A stretch of 64,000 bases of DNA, from positions 9,562-73,561 of the forward strand of contig LBPS01000002.1 in assembly GCA_000990325.1 (NCBI GenBank), written 5' to 3'. The notes beneath the pieces were generated by a model. That model was not told where the DNA came from. It worked only from the letters and a program-made list of their open reading frames with translations, and made no database searches. A program made the position numbers and the translations under genes. This document shows positions 46,875-57,074 of the stretch, piece by piece. Source of the DNA: Candidatus Nomurabacteria bacterium GW2011_GWE2_34_25. GTDB taxonomy: Bacteria; Patescibacteriota; Minisyncoccia; Phycocordibacterales; UBA9973. The first letter of the stretch is position 1. Every line of letters starts with the position of its first letter.

Positions 46875-48098
46875 TTAATGCACTCCTGGGAAAGAATTTC
46901 CTCGTTGTCTTCCGTTGCCCTTTAGTGAGGAGGCATGTTTGATTGCATTGTGTCCAAATTTATCTCTAATCTTATCGCTTACTTCTTCAATAATATTCTT
47001 TGTTTCTGATGTATCTTGTGTACCAAATAAATCCTTGGGTACATCCTCATTACGACGTAGATTACGCAAGGTAATACCAGTCGAGCGAATTTTCTCACCG
47101 TTTTTTAAGAGTTTGTACAACAATGGTTCAACTTTATTCAATATCATATTAGGGGTGTTTGTATATAGTGGCAAGTGGCAGTCATCAGTATGATGGACAA
47201 AATTACTATTTTTTACAAAAAATGATACAGAGTTAGTCATCAGCTCAAGTCTACGTGCATGTTCACATGCACTTTCGATATTTTCTGAAAGTTCAGCAAA
47301 GATTACTTTTGGGTCGCTAGAAGGTGGCTTGAATGTTGCTGTTGATTGTATGGACTTCTGATCTCGGGGATCAGGATTTGCATCAAATTCATACATGGGA
47401 ATACCAGAAAGTTCTTGTTGTAAATGATACAAGGGTAGTGAGAAATATTTCTCAATTTGTTCACCTGAGCAATTTACAAAATCATATGCAGTTTTCATAC
47501 TCATATTTCTTAAACGGGGAATTGTTTGCCTTCCGATACCCCAGACATCATCTATTGAAGTATTTTTAAGTGCGCGCTCTTCATCTTGTTGATTCAATAG
47601 TAATACTAATCCATTTGGTTTCTCTAATTTCGAAGCAGTCTTGGCAAGTGACTTCGTTCGTCCAAGGCCGAATGAATACGTTACCCCGAGAGTATTTTGT
47701 ATTTCATCTTTTATTGTTTTTAATAGCATCTCTGCACCGCCTGCATGAACAATGTCTGAATGTTTTACAATAGCGAAGCATTCATCAATGCTATATATTT
47801 CAACAGACTCAAGGTAAGACGAGATAATACGGTAAACACTATCAGAAATATTTCTGTATAGATCAAAATGATGCGAAAGAATTATAACTCTAGGGAACTC
47901 TTTCTTTATTTTAAATACAGGCATACCACGAGTCACGCCAAGCTTCTTGGCTTCATAACTCATTGCAACAGCGATTCCTCTATCCTCACCGACGACAACA
48001 GGCATCCCTTTATATTTTGGATTTTGTGATATTTCACATGCGACGAAGAAGGAGTCCCCATCAGCATGTAGGAAAAGGTTTTGCGAAACTTTACTCAT
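46875..48098 (-). CDS. dinB: DNA polymerase IV (Y-family, DinB)
   Basis: N-terminus LHADGDSFFVACE (IMS/UmuC family), little-finger C-terminus; 407 aa. Confidence 0.85.
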   Translation of the reverse strand: MSKVSQNLFLHADGDSFFVACEISQNPKYKGMPVVVGEDRGIAVAMSYEAKKLGVTRGMPVFKIKKEFPRVIILSHHFDLYRNISDSVYRIISSYLESVEIYSIDECFAIVKHSDIVHAGGAEMLLKTIKDEIQNTLGVTYSFGLGRTKSLAKTASKLEKPNGLVLLLNQQDEERALKNTSIDDVWGIGRQTIPRLRNMSMKTAYDFVNCSGEQIEKYFSLPLYHLQQELSGIPMYEFDANPDPRDQKSIQSTATFKPPSSDPKVIFAELSENIESACEHARRLELMTNSVSFFVKNSNFVHHTDDCHLPLYTNTPNMILNKVEPLLYKLLKNGEKIRSTGITLRNLRRNEDVPKDLFGTQDTSETKNIIEEVSDKIRDKFGHNAIKHASSLKGNGRQRGNSFPGVH

Positions 48099-48105
48099 TC
48101 TCGTA

Positions 48106-48531
48106 TTGTACCAAATTGTTCGTTTGAGTTATAATAATGTTATGAAGAAATACGAAGGCGAAATAAGGCAATATTTAGAAGAGCGTAATTGGCATAAATT
48201 AAGGCCTGGAGACCTTGCAAAATCTATTGCCATTGAGTCTGCCGAATTACTGGAACTCTTTCAGTGGACAAATCAGAGCCTAGATGAAGTAAAAAATGAC
48301 AAAGAAAAAATGGAGCAAATAAAGAAGGAACTGGCAGATGTTCTGACTTATTGTCTAGATATGAGTGTGCTTTTAGAATTTGATACTGGTCAAATTGTAT
48401 TAGACAAACTTGAGAAAATTAAATTAAAATACCCTGCTCATCTATTTAAAGATAGAGGGGAAGAAATCGAACCTGGCTCAGAAGAAATATATTGGAAAAT
48501 TAAAAAGGAACATAGAATGAAAGGGGAGTAA
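48106..48531 (+). CDS. MazG-like nucleotide pyrophosphohydrolase (YpjD-type)
   Basis: EERNWHKL...SIAIESAELLELFQW MazG-domain pattern; 141 aa. Confidence 0.65.
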   Translation: MYQIVRLSYNNVMKKYEGEIRQYLEERNWHKLRPGDLAKSIAIESAELLELFQWTNQSLDEVKNDKEKMEQIKKELADVLTYCLDMSVLLEFDTGQIVLDKLEKIKLKYPAHLFKDRGEEIEPGSEEIYWKIKKEHRMKGE

Positions 48532-48537
48532 TAAAAA

Positions 48538-48572
48538 GACAGGGAGAAAACGTTAGTTTTCTCCCTGTTGTT
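48538..48572. terminator. Bidirectional terminator (ACAGGGAGAAAAC-gtta-GTTTTCTCCCTGT)
   Basis: 13-bp perfect stem between convergent genes. Confidence 0.7.
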
Positions 48573-49080
48573 ATAATTCTCTCACATATTTTTTGAGGTC
48601 CTTTGTTTTAAAGACTCTACTGTAAATTTTTGAAAAAAGTGGTTGGTATAATTTAAACAACTCTTCATTGTTTTCATAAATATACTCAAATCCAAATTCC
48701 TCAAATTTAGAATAATTCCATTCCGAGGGTTCAGATCTTAAAGATTCAAAGATTTCAAGGGCCAATTTTTTACTTATTGGCCCTACTATTTGCCCAAAGA
48801 CATAATTATGGGCTTCATAGTAAAATCTCAAATAGATACTTTTTTTACTTTCGGTTTTAATAAATGCCACCATTTGGCAATTATTAACAATAACAAAAAT
48901 TACTTTTTTTGTAGTAGAGGGGAACCTAGAATCAAGTTCGTAATAAACAGGATTCCCCCATACTCTAAGGTGTGTCTCCGGTACACGATTTCTTAGATAA
49001 ATTAGTATGTCTTTCATATCTATATTTATTTTTTTGTTAACTTTTTCTTTTACAGTATTCCTAATAATACATATTGTCAA
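48571..49080 (-). CDS. Hypothetical protein downstream of the alarmone-synthetase gene
   Basis: 169 aa, no family recognised. Confidence 0.4.
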   Translation of the reverse strand: MTICIIRNTVKEKVNKKINIDMKDILIYLRNRVPETHLRVWGNPVYYELDSRFPSTTKKVIFVIVNNCQMVAFIKTESKKSIYLRFYYEAHNYVFGQIVGPISKKLALEIFESLRSEPSEWNYSKFEEFGFEYIYENNEELFKLYQPLFSKIYSRVFKTKDLKKYVREL

Positions 49081-49128
49081 ATTTGCTTAAATTGACTCGC
49101 GAGGACCGTTTTACTACAGTAAGAATAA

Positions 49129-49815
49129 TCATTCAACGTCTTCATTGATGATGTCTTCGAGTTCAAGGGCTGCTTTCTTGATATATCTCTCCATTAATTG
49201 CGTCATTCGGTGTTTCATTATTTCAAATTTTTCTGGATCACGATTTTTCAAACCATTGATATCTTTATAGATCAGATCATGTTCAATCTCAGCCCAAGCA
49301 TGGTGGAGGATGGAAGTAATCTGTATTTCACTTTTCAAGTTATTAAAATGTTTATATTCACTTAGTTTTATTCTTTTAGGACCGAAAGACATGATGATGT
49401 GGGTAGCTTGATAGCCATTATCTTTTTCTATTTCCTCTACTTTTAGAAGCCCACTCATCTCACTTTTAATTTTTTTTATGAACTTTTCTTTATCATGTTC
49501 AGTATAGAAAATAATTCGAAGACCAACCAAGTCTTCAATATCATCAAGAGAGTTGTACTGTATACCAGCTTCTTTTTTACGAATAAGTTTCTCCTTCAAT
49601 CTTTCTGGGGTTTTGGTTCGGGATAGTATTTGGTATTTATATCCTTGTTCTTTTAAAAGAGCCTCAATGGCCTTATGCGAAGCTGATCTAAATTCTTCAT
49701 AATTTGGACGTTTATTCTTGTATTCAATTAAAATATTGTCGATATAACTCTTCTCTCCTCTGTATGTTTGTGGATTAATAATAGTTCGGATTTTGTCTAT
49801 TAAACTGATGTTCAT
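49129..49815 (-). CDS. RelA/SpoT-domain small alarmone synthetase-like protein
   Basis: Synthetase-domain pattern SRTKTPERLKEKL...DLVGLRIIFYTEHD; 228 aa with no hydrolase or regulatory domains. Confidence 0.6.
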   Translation of the reverse strand: MNISLIDKIRTIINPQTYRGEKSYIDNILIEYKNKRPNYEEFRSASHKAIEALLKEQGYKYQILSRTKTPERLKEKLIRKKEAGIQYNSLDDIEDLVGLRIIFYTEHDKEKFIKKIKSEMSGLLKVEEIEKDNGYQATHIIMSFGPKRIKLSEYKHFNNLKSEIQITSILHHAWAEIEHDLIYKDINGLKNRDPEKFEIMKHRMTQLMERYIKKAALELEDIINEDVE

Positions 49816-49915
49816 ATGTGTTAATTATAGCAAATTTAGGGCTTTAAATATCATAAAATAATGAAATGTTGTGTTATAATATATGTTCCCTCATATACAA
49901 CAATGTCATTTTATA

Positions 49916-49951
49916 CAACATAAAACACCCATTGATGGGTGTTTTATGTTG
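49916..49951. terminator. Terminator hairpin (CAACATAAAACACCCAT-tga-TGGGTGTTTTATGTTG) 3' of the surface-protein gene
   Basis: 16-bp perfect inverted repeat. Confidence 0.65.
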
Positions 49952-49990
49952 TATCGGTTTTTTGTTTATGAATTCTTTGTTGATAATTTT

Positions 49991-51109
49991 CTAGTTTGTT
50001 GCAAACGTAGCTTCACTAGAAACGGCTACATTGTTTGAACTATCAGCAGACTTAATAATAAAGTGATAGAGAGTGCTTGATAATAAACTTGGGATACTTA
50101 ACGAATGATTTGTTGTAAGTGTTCCACTTACTACTTTTGGTGTGAGTATTGCATTAACATCTACTGGTGTACCAATAGAATAAAATACATTAGATGTAGC
50201 TGGTTCATTTGTTGTCCATGAAACTGTAGTGATAGAACCCGTTACTGTTGTCGTTACTCCACTTATTACAGGAGCTGTTGTGTCTGTGGTAGCAACTGCG
50301 GTTACTACTATTTTCATTGGATATGTTACTTTTTTACCATCACTGTTTGTAATTGTGAATTTTGCAACATATGTTCCTACTATATTATATACATGGGTTA
50401 CTGTTACAGACCCAGTGAATGCTAACTGTGTGGTAGTATTACCATCTCCCCAGTCAGTTCCGTAAGTTAATATCTTACTTTGTGGATCATATGCATTAAT
50501 TGTGACACTTGCGGTCTCACCAGTCTTTATTGTTGCAGGACCTACGACACTTGTTATCACAGGTACGCTTGCATTGGTTATAACTGCTCCAGTTGTGAAT
50601 GACACAACAGACGATTTCACCATACCCTTATTATTGGCACCTCCAACTATTACATAATATTTTGTGTTTGGCTGTAACTTTTTTATTTCAAATTTATGCT
50701 TTAAAACTCGATCGTTACGCTTCATGTTCGGACTGAGAGATGTATCAACGGGGGATGTAGTACTATACCAGACGAAACTATTTGAACGAACGTCAGTATT
50801 CCATTTTAGTGTAGCCTTACTTCCTTTATTTGAAGATACAATTAAGTCACTTATAACAGGGACACTAATTGCAACTTTCGGACCTTTACCATTGAACCAA
50901 CCAGAACTAAACCAGTTATTAAATTTATTATTTCTTTCCTCACTCCTTTCTTCTCTCTGGTTTTCTTTTTGTTCTTTTTTGTCTTCTCTCTTTTCTTCTC
51001 CACGGCCCTTGTCTTTGTCATTATCTGCGAAACTCATAGCCGGGCTTACTACCATAATTGCAGTCATAATAGAACCTACAATTAATTTTTTATAATTTTT
51101 CATATACAA
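49991..51109 (-). CDS. Secreted/surface protein with signal peptide, charged low-complexity linker, FN3-like region and PKD domain
   Basis: PKD consensus YGTDWGDGNTT; Thr/Val-rich beta-sandwich repeats; N-terminal MYMKNYKKLIVGSIMTAIMVVSPAMSFA. Confidence 0.55.
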   Translation of the reverse strand: MYMKNYKKLIVGSIMTAIMVVSPAMSFADNDKDKGRGEEKREDKKEQKENQREERSEERNNKFNNWFSSGWFNGKGPKVAISVPVISDLIVSSNKGSKATLKWNTDVRSNSFVWYSTTSPVDTSLSPNMKRNDRVLKHKFEIKKLQPNTKYYVIVGGANNKGMVKSSVVSFTTGAVITNASVPVITSVVGPATIKTGETASVTINAYDPQSKILTYGTDWGDGNTTTQLAFTGSVTVTHVYNIVGTYVAKFTITNSDGKKVTYPMKIVVTAVATTDTTAPVISGVTTTVTGSITTVSWTTNEPATSNVFYSIGTPVDVNAILTPKVVSGTLTTNHSLSIPSLLSSTLYHFIIKSADSSNNVAVSSEATFATN

Positions 51110-51289
51110 TTAATAATTTTTTAAACTAATAATAATGTGCACTGAAGAATAAAAATTCTTCAATAAGCGACCTTACACTGGAGTAGACGTTGTCATCGCC
51201 AGTTTTCTTACATAGACAATTACCCCAATTTGTTGTACTTTTAGTATATGGACAATGTAAGAAATGTGTATCATGTCCGTCTTTAATAT

Positions 51290-51832
51290 ATGAAGAAAGA
51301 TAAAAAGAGTACATTTGAAGCAATATACAAGAATGAATCGGATGCTATATTCCGATTTTGTTTGCTTCGTGTATCTAATCGCGATCAAGCCCTAGATCTC
51401 GTCCAGGAAACCTTCTTGCGTCTATGGCAAAGTTTACAGAAAGACGAAGACATTTTAAATAGTAAAGCATTTCTTTTTACCATAACTCGTCATCTAATTA
51501 TTGATTATTATCGCAAAAAGAAAAGTATTCCTTTTAAAGATATGGCTTCTACTGACGAAGAAGAGGGGTATGATCCAGCGAATGATATTACAACCGACAA
51601 TCTTATAAGTGGAATTGAGGGCAGATATCTTTTAAACAAAATAAATGAGCTTCCGCAGTCTTATAGAGAACCTCTGTATTTACGATTTGTCGAAGATTTG
51701 TCACCGCCAGAGATAGGAGAAATATTGGGGGTTTCAGCTAATGCTGCTTCGGTTCGAATTAATCGTGGACTTGAAGAACTAAGGAGGGTATCTGGTTATA
51801 GTAAGGATGATTTAAATAAGTTAAATATATGA
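51290..51832 (+). CDS. ECF-type RNA polymerase sigma factor
   Basis: Region 2 (LVQETFLRLWQ, IDYYRKK) and region 4 HTH (EIGEILGVSANAASVRINRG). Confidence 0.8.
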   Translation: MKKDKKSTFEAIYKNESDAIFRFCLLRVSNRDQALDLVQETFLRLWQSLQKDEDILNSKAFLFTITRHLIIDYYRKKKSIPFKDMASTDEEEGYDPANDITTDNLISGIEGRYLLNKINELPQSYREPLYLRFVEDLSPPEIGEILGVSANAASVRINRGLEELRRVSGYSKDDLNKLNI

Positions 51833-51952
51833 TCCCGTTAGAGATGATTTTAGTAAGATTACGGGATTATAAAAAAATAAGTTTTGTTTATATTATTAGA
51901 TAAATTTAATTAAGGTACGTCCCATCTAATGAGGGACTATCTCTAACGGGAT
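51832..51952 (+). promoter_or_regulatory. Long-range 14-bp perfect inverted repeat (ATCCCGTTAGAGAT / ATCTCTAACGGGAT) joining the sigma stop codon to the anti-sigma start codon, with an internal competing ACGGGAT copy and a GTCCC/GGGAC hairpin
   Basis: Left arm begins 2 nt after the TGA of the sigma gene; right arm ends in ...GGGATG, the ATG of the downstream gene. Confidence 0.5.
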
Positions 51953-53009
51953 GAATGATAAAAAATTAAAAAATGGAATAGATGAAATAAAAAATATTGT
52001 CATGACTAATGCTGAGAAAAAGCATATAATTGATAATATTTTAAGTACTTCTAATGTAAATCCAAAGGCAATAAAGAGCCCTTGGTCTTTTTATTCATTT
52101 ATACTAATAACTAGAAAGAGTCAATTAGTTTATTATATAGTAATTCCCTTGATCATACTTCTTTCAAGTGGAGGAGTAGTTTTTGCATCACAAGATAGTC
52201 TACCAGACAGTATTTTGTATCCACTAAAGGTTAATGTTGTTGAACCAATAGGTGGAGCTCTGAAATTTTCTTTAAATAAAAAGGCAAAATATGAAAGTAG
52301 CCTAGCTACCAAGCGTCTCGTTGAGGCTGAGACCTTAGTGAATCAAGGAAAACTTGATAAAATAAAAGAAGACAAAATAAATAGCTTACTAACTAAACAC
52401 ACCAATGCTTTAAATCTTGCTATCAATGAATCTACTTCAGAAGATGTAAATGAGGAAATGAGTACGGTTGCTACAGATTTTAGGGCGCAAATGAATGCTC
52501 ATGCAAAGGTTCTAGACGTTCTTTCAAATGAGAAAGAATCCAAGAAAGAAAAAAATATAGAGATAGAAAAAGAAACAGAAATAGAAACAAAAGCAAAAGC
52601 AGAAGCAGATATTTCTGATATCAAAATATCAAACACAGCAAGGTTAAGTGCGGATAAGATTAAAGATAGTTCAAATAATAAAAATGATAAAAAAATAAAA
52701 AATTTCAAGGAAAAAAAGGACAAGGTTAGATTTATTGTTGAAGATGCGGACAAGAATATGAATTCAGTAATAGTAAATGACAAAACAACGAATGATCCTG
52801 TATCAGAAGATTCTTATAAAAAGCTAGATCAGGCAAAAGCTTATCTTTATGATGCAGATAAGAAAGATGAAGAGGGGAAGCATGAGGAGGCTTATACTTC
52901 CTTGTTAGATTCTCTAGTTTCAGCCAAAGAAGCCGAAATTCTTCTAAAAGAGGGTCAAAAAATTGAGAAAAATAAGGAGATTATGAATTTAATAGAAATA
53001 GACGATTGA
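51951..53009 (+). CDS. Putative membrane anti-sigma factor (DUF5667-like extracytoplasmic domain, K/E-rich coiled-coil tail)
   Basis: Short cytoplasmic N-terminus, single TM, then SQDSLPDSILYPLK...; positioned right after the ECF sigma gene. Confidence 0.4.
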   Translation: MNDKKLKNGIDEIKNIVMTNAEKKHIIDNILSTSNVNPKAIKSPWSFYSFILITRKSQLVYYIVIPLIILLSSGGVVFASQDSLPDSILYPLKVNVVEPIGGALKFSLNKKAKYESSLATKRLVEAETLVNQGKLDKIKEDKINSLLTKHTNALNLAINESTSEDVNEEMSTVATDFRAQMNAHAKVLDVLSNEKESKKEKNIEIEKETEIETKAKAEADISDIKISNTARLSADKIKDSSNNKNDKKIKNFKEKKDKVRFIVEDADKNMNSVIVNDKTTNDPVSEDSYKKLDQAKAYLYDADKKDEEGKHEEAYTSLLDSLVSAKEAEILLKEGQKIEKNKEIMNLIEIDD

Positions 53010-53068
53010 TAGCTTAAGTCAAATATCTTTGGTATAATTTACGTATTATAATAACTAATACATTTTAT

Positions 53069-53818
53069 ATGTCCCCATTAATTTTATATGTTTTAGGTGG
53101 TCTATTCTTACTTGTGGTTACAAGTATTCGTCAGGTAAACCAATATGAGAGAGGAGTGAAGTTTACTCTAGGTAAATTTACTTCTATTATGGAACCTGGC
53201 TGGAGAATTGTTTGGCCAGTTATCCAAGGATATCAAAAGGTTGATATTCGTACAAAAGCTGTTGATGTTCCCGATCAAAATGCTATCACAAGGGACAATG
53301 TTTCAGTTAAAGTCAACGCTGTTATTTATTATAAAGTTAGTAACGCCAATATGGCCATCATTGAAGTTGAAGACTTCAGGTATGCGATTTCTCAATATGC
53401 TCAGACAACCATGAGAAATATTGTCGGGGAAGTTACTCTCGATGAGCTTCTTTCAAGTAGAGACAAAATTGCCGATCGGATTCGTGAGATTGTCGACAAA
53501 GAAACAGATGCTTGGGGTCTTAAGGTTCAAAATGTAGAACTCAAAGATGTTAGTCTTCCTTCAGATATGGAAAGGACCATTGGTAAGCAAGCTGAAGCTG
53601 AGAGAGAAAAAAGAGCAGTTATTATAAATTCAGAAGGAGAACTTGCTGCCTCAGAGAATATAGCTCGTGCTGCTAAAATGCTAGCTGCTACCCCCGGGGC
53701 TCTCCACTTGAGAACTTTGCAATCTATCAATGATATGGCTTCAGATCAAAGTAATACTGTCGTTTATATGGTTCCAGTAGAAGCGTTGAAGGCTCTTGAG
53801 GGTTTTATAAAAAAATAA
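53069..53818 (+). CDS. SPFH/band-7 (stomatin/prohibitin-like) protein
   Basis: N-terminal TM then band-7 domain with ...ERE...R..A motifs; 249 aa. Confidence 0.8.
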   Translation: MSPLILYVLGGLFLLVVTSIRQVNQYERGVKFTLGKFTSIMEPGWRIVWPVIQGYQKVDIRTKAVDVPDQNAITRDNVSVKVNAVIYYKVSNANMAIIEVEDFRYAISQYAQTTMRNIVGEVTLDELLSSRDKIADRIREIVDKETDAWGLKVQNVELKDVSLPSDMERTIGKQAEAEREKRAVIINSEGELAASENIARAAKMLAATPGALHLRTLQSINDMASDQSNTVVYMVPVEALKALEGFIKK

Positions 53819-53898
53819 GATTCTATTGATTGTTTATAGCTGAAAACCTTGCTCTTTTGGAACAAGGTTTTTTGTTTTGTATATGTTAAAATAAAAAC

Positions 53899-54891
53899 AT
53901 GAATATAATTTCTGTGAAAAATCTATCCAAAGAGTTTACTTTCCCAGTTAAAAATACCAAATATAGTTGGTTGAAGAATTTATTCTATCCTGAGATAAGA
54001 AAAGTCGTAGCAGTTTCAGGTATTTCATTTGATGTTAAAAGAGGAGAAAGGATAGCTTTTATAGGGCCTAATGGAGCAGGTAAGTCTACAACGATTAAAA
54101 TGCTTTCGGGGATACTTTTCCCTTCGGGGGGAGACGTAGATATCTTGGGTTTAAATCCTTCAAAAGATAGAAAAAAGTTAGCTTATCGTATAGGAACTGT
54201 CTTTGGACAGAGGTCACAATTACTTCCCAATTTACCACTTACAGACTCCTTAGAATTTTATGGAGTTATGTATGACATGACAAATGAACAAATAAAAATC
54301 CGTATCAAAGAATTAGTAGAAATATTTGGGCTCGAATCTTTTATGGACCAACCGGTTAGAAAACTTTCTTTAGGCCAAAGAATGCGAGCAGAAGTAGCAG
54401 TTTCTCTTATTCATAAGCCTGAAATTATATTCTTGGATGAACCTACAATAGGGCTAGATGTCGTTGCCAAGAAGTCTCTTCGTGACTTGTTACTTAAGAT
54501 TAATAAAGAAGAAAACACAACTATATTTTTAACTTCTCATGATGTAGGTGACATAGAGTCTCTTTGTGATCGGACGATAATTATAAATCATGGAACTCTC
54601 ATTAAAGATTTGCCCACCGAAGATCTAACTAAAACATTCTTTAGTGAGAAATATATTGATATAATTCCTATTCATAAATTTAAAGATTTTCCGGTTTTAA
54701 CACATGGGATAGAATATTTAACAAAAGAGCCGAATAAAATTACGATCCGTGTAGATATAAATAAAATTAGTGTGAAAGATTCTCTTAAGGAATTACTTGA
54801 TATTTTTGATATAGAAGATATAGATGTATATTATTCAGATTTAGAAACAGTAATTCGAAATATTTATGAAAGGGATTCGACTAGCATTTAA
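53899..54891 (+). CDS. ABC transporter ATP-binding protein (ABC-2 type, with C-terminal extension)
   Basis: Walker A GPNGAGKST, signature LSLGQRMR, Walker B IIFLDEPT. Confidence 0.85.
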   Translation: MNIISVKNLSKEFTFPVKNTKYSWLKNLFYPEIRKVVAVSGISFDVKRGERIAFIGPNGAGKSTTIKMLSGILFPSGGDVDILGLNPSKDRKKLAYRIGTVFGQRSQLLPNLPLTDSLEFYGVMYDMTNEQIKIRIKELVEIFGLESFMDQPVRKLSLGQRMRAEVAVSLIHKPEIIFLDEPTIGLDVVAKKSLRDLLLKINKEENTTIFLTSHDVGDIESLCDRTIIINHGTLIKDLPTEDLTKTFFSEKYIDIIPIHKFKDFPVLTHGIEYLTKEPNKITIRVDINKISVKDSLKELLDIFDIEDIDVYYSDLETVIRNIYERDSTSI

Positions 54892-55666
54892 AATAATAAA
54901 TACCCTTACTAAGGATAGCTTTCACTATCCTAATAGATTGTATGCCAATATGCTCATTCTCGTTTCGAGACTTGGAGTTTTACTCGCATTGTATTGGTAC
55001 GTTTTTAAATTAAATGGTGGAATTATAAATGGGGTAACTTTTATAGTTGTCGCTTGGAGTATGTTCTTTTATTTTTCATTTTCGAATTTTAATCTACGCA
55101 GAATATCTAGACTCATAATGGAAGATGTCCAATCGGGTAATGTAGAAGTTTTTTTATGCAAACCTATATCTTATCTTTCATATAAAATATGGTGGACTTT
55201 TGGTCTCGGTTTTTACAATTTTATATTTATAGGATTTTTAGGTTTTATAATTTTAGCACTAGTGATTAGCGTGCCTGCTTCGATGACTATAGGTTTATTT
55301 ATTCCTACTTTAATATTAGAGCTTATACTTGCAACGATTCTTACTTTCATCATCTATTCGATTGTAGGGCTTTTGGCTTTTTGGATAGAAGATGTAAATC
55401 CGGTTTTCTGGATTAATGATAAATTTGTAATGATTCTAGGAGGTTCATATCTTCCCGTTGCTTTGTTTCCAGATTATTTATATAAAATTGCTATATATAG
55501 TCCATTTGGAGCATCAATGTTTGTGTCACATATTGTATATGACTCATGGAAAGTTGATTGGTTAAAGTTGATGGGTATACAAATTTTTTGGATTATTACC
55601 TTAGGGATTTTTCTTATCTGGCTCTTTAAGAAAGCACGAGGAAAAGTATCTGTTAATGGAGGATAA
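54866..55666 (+). CDS. ABC-2 family permease
   Basis: 6-TM hydrophobic protein co-operonic with the ATPase. Confidence 0.6.
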   Translation: MKGIRLAFKIINTLTKDSFHYPNRLYANMLILVSRLGVLLALYWYVFKLNGGIINGVTFIVVAWSMFFYFSFSNFNLRRISRLIMEDVQSGNVEVFLCKPISYLSYKIWWTFGLGFYNFIFIGFLGFIILALVISVPASMTIGLFIPTLILELILATILTFIIYSIVGLLAFWIEDVNPVFWINDKFVMILGGSYLPVALFPDYLYKIAIYSPFGASMFVSHIVYDSWKVDWLKLMGIQIFWIITLGIFLIWLFKKARGKVSVNGG

Positions 55667-55672
55667 AATTAT

Positions 55673-56467
55673 ATGATGAAAGAAATTAAATTTGCATTAT
55701 ATGCAATAAAAAAGAATATACAAAGTAGCAGAGAATTACGCACCAGCTTCCTGATGAATGTTATTGGTATGGCGATAAATAATATCGCTTTTGTATTTCT
55801 TTGGGTTTACTTTGTTAAATCAGTTGGTGTTATAGGGGGATGGACCACTTATGATATTATAGGTCTCAATGGTTTTACGGCATTATCCTATGGTATTATC
55901 GTTTCTATATTTATGGGTACAAAAAAGATTCCAGAATATGTGACGACGGGGTCTTTTGATAGATTCATGTTATCCCCTAAGAACTTAATTCTCAGGGTAG
56001 CAACATCTGCATTTAGTCCATCAGCAATAGGAGACGCAATTTTCGGAATTATTTGTCTTTCTGTTTATGGATTCTTAATACACATAACTATTGTTCAAAT
56101 AATATTTGTAGTTTTATTAATAATTTTTGGTGCCATAATATTTTTCTCAATGTCACTTATTATCAATGGTCTTTCTTTTTATTTTGTTGATGCCAGTTCC
56201 TTTACTGACAGTGTATTCCAATTATTTATGACACCGACCCTTTTCCACGGTGGAGCATTTCATGGAGTTACAAGATTTATATTTACTTTTATAATTCCCT
56301 CGCTTCTTATTGCTGCTATTCCCACAGAGACAGTGAAAAATTTATCTTTTCATAATCTTATATATATAGGAGTGGGGTCATTTATTTGGCTTTATATTGC
56401 CATTAGACTTTTTAAAAATTCAGTACGTAGATACGAAAGTTCAAATTTTATGACTTTTGGAAATTAA
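55673..56467 (+). CDS. ABC-2 family permease (second subunit)
   Basis: 6-TM hydrophobic protein. Confidence 0.6.
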   Translation: MMKEIKFALYAIKKNIQSSRELRTSFLMNVIGMAINNIAFVFLWVYFVKSVGVIGGWTTYDIIGLNGFTALSYGIIVSIFMGTKKIPEYVTTGSFDRFMLSPKNLILRVATSAFSPSAIGDAIFGIICLSVYGFLIHITIVQIIFVVLLIIFGAIIFFSMSLIINGLSFYFVDASSFTDSVFQLFMTPTLFHGGAFHGVTRFIFTFIIPSLLIAAIPTETVKNLSFHNLIYIGVGSFIWLYIAIRLFKNSVRRYESSNFMTFGN

Positions 56468-56503
56468 ATAAAAAGATCCAAATAGTTGAGACTAGATGAA
56501 TCT

Positions 56504-56935
56504 TTAAAATAATTGTTTTAGAAAAATGAATCCTATTAAATTGGTTATAAATATACTACTAATAAATAATAAATAAATTTTAATAGTTGGAATATTATTC
56601 CACTGGTATGATCCATCCCTGTAATATATTACAACAAAGAATGAGTCATACGTCATAATTGATATCATTACTAGTATTTTTTTAAACCAGTTAATTTTAC
56701 TTTCTCTATCTATTATTTTACGAGCTTCTACTAACAAGAAATCAACTTGTGTTGAATCATAAAAAAATATCATAAAGATTGTGAAAAAAAATGTAAATGA
56801 ACACATATAAATCAAGCTATTTATGTTTTCCCCAAATTCAAAAAATATAAATATACTCATGGAAGCCTTTATTGCGTTCATTATTTTGTATGTGATAAAA
56901 CCAACACCTATTTGCTTATTGGGTATAGTTCTCAT
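56504..56935 (-). CDS. Hypothetical membrane protein
   Basis: 143 aa, 4 TM. Confidence 0.4.
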   Translation of the reverse strand: MRTIPNKQIGVGFITYKIMNAIKASMSIFIFFEFGENINSLIYMCSFTFFFTIFMIFFYDSTQVDFLLVEARKIIDRESKINWFKKILVMISIMTYDSFFVVIYYRDGSYQWNNIPTIKIYLLFISSIFITNLIGFIFLKQLF

Positions 56936-57074
56936 TAGAATATCCTCTCTTTCTTTGTTTTTAGTAACTTTCTATGAAATCTTATACCAATAAAGGGTTT
57001 TATACAAGTACTCAAAATTTGCTTATTTATGTTAATATATAGATATATAAATAACTAATAGTTAATCATTTTTT

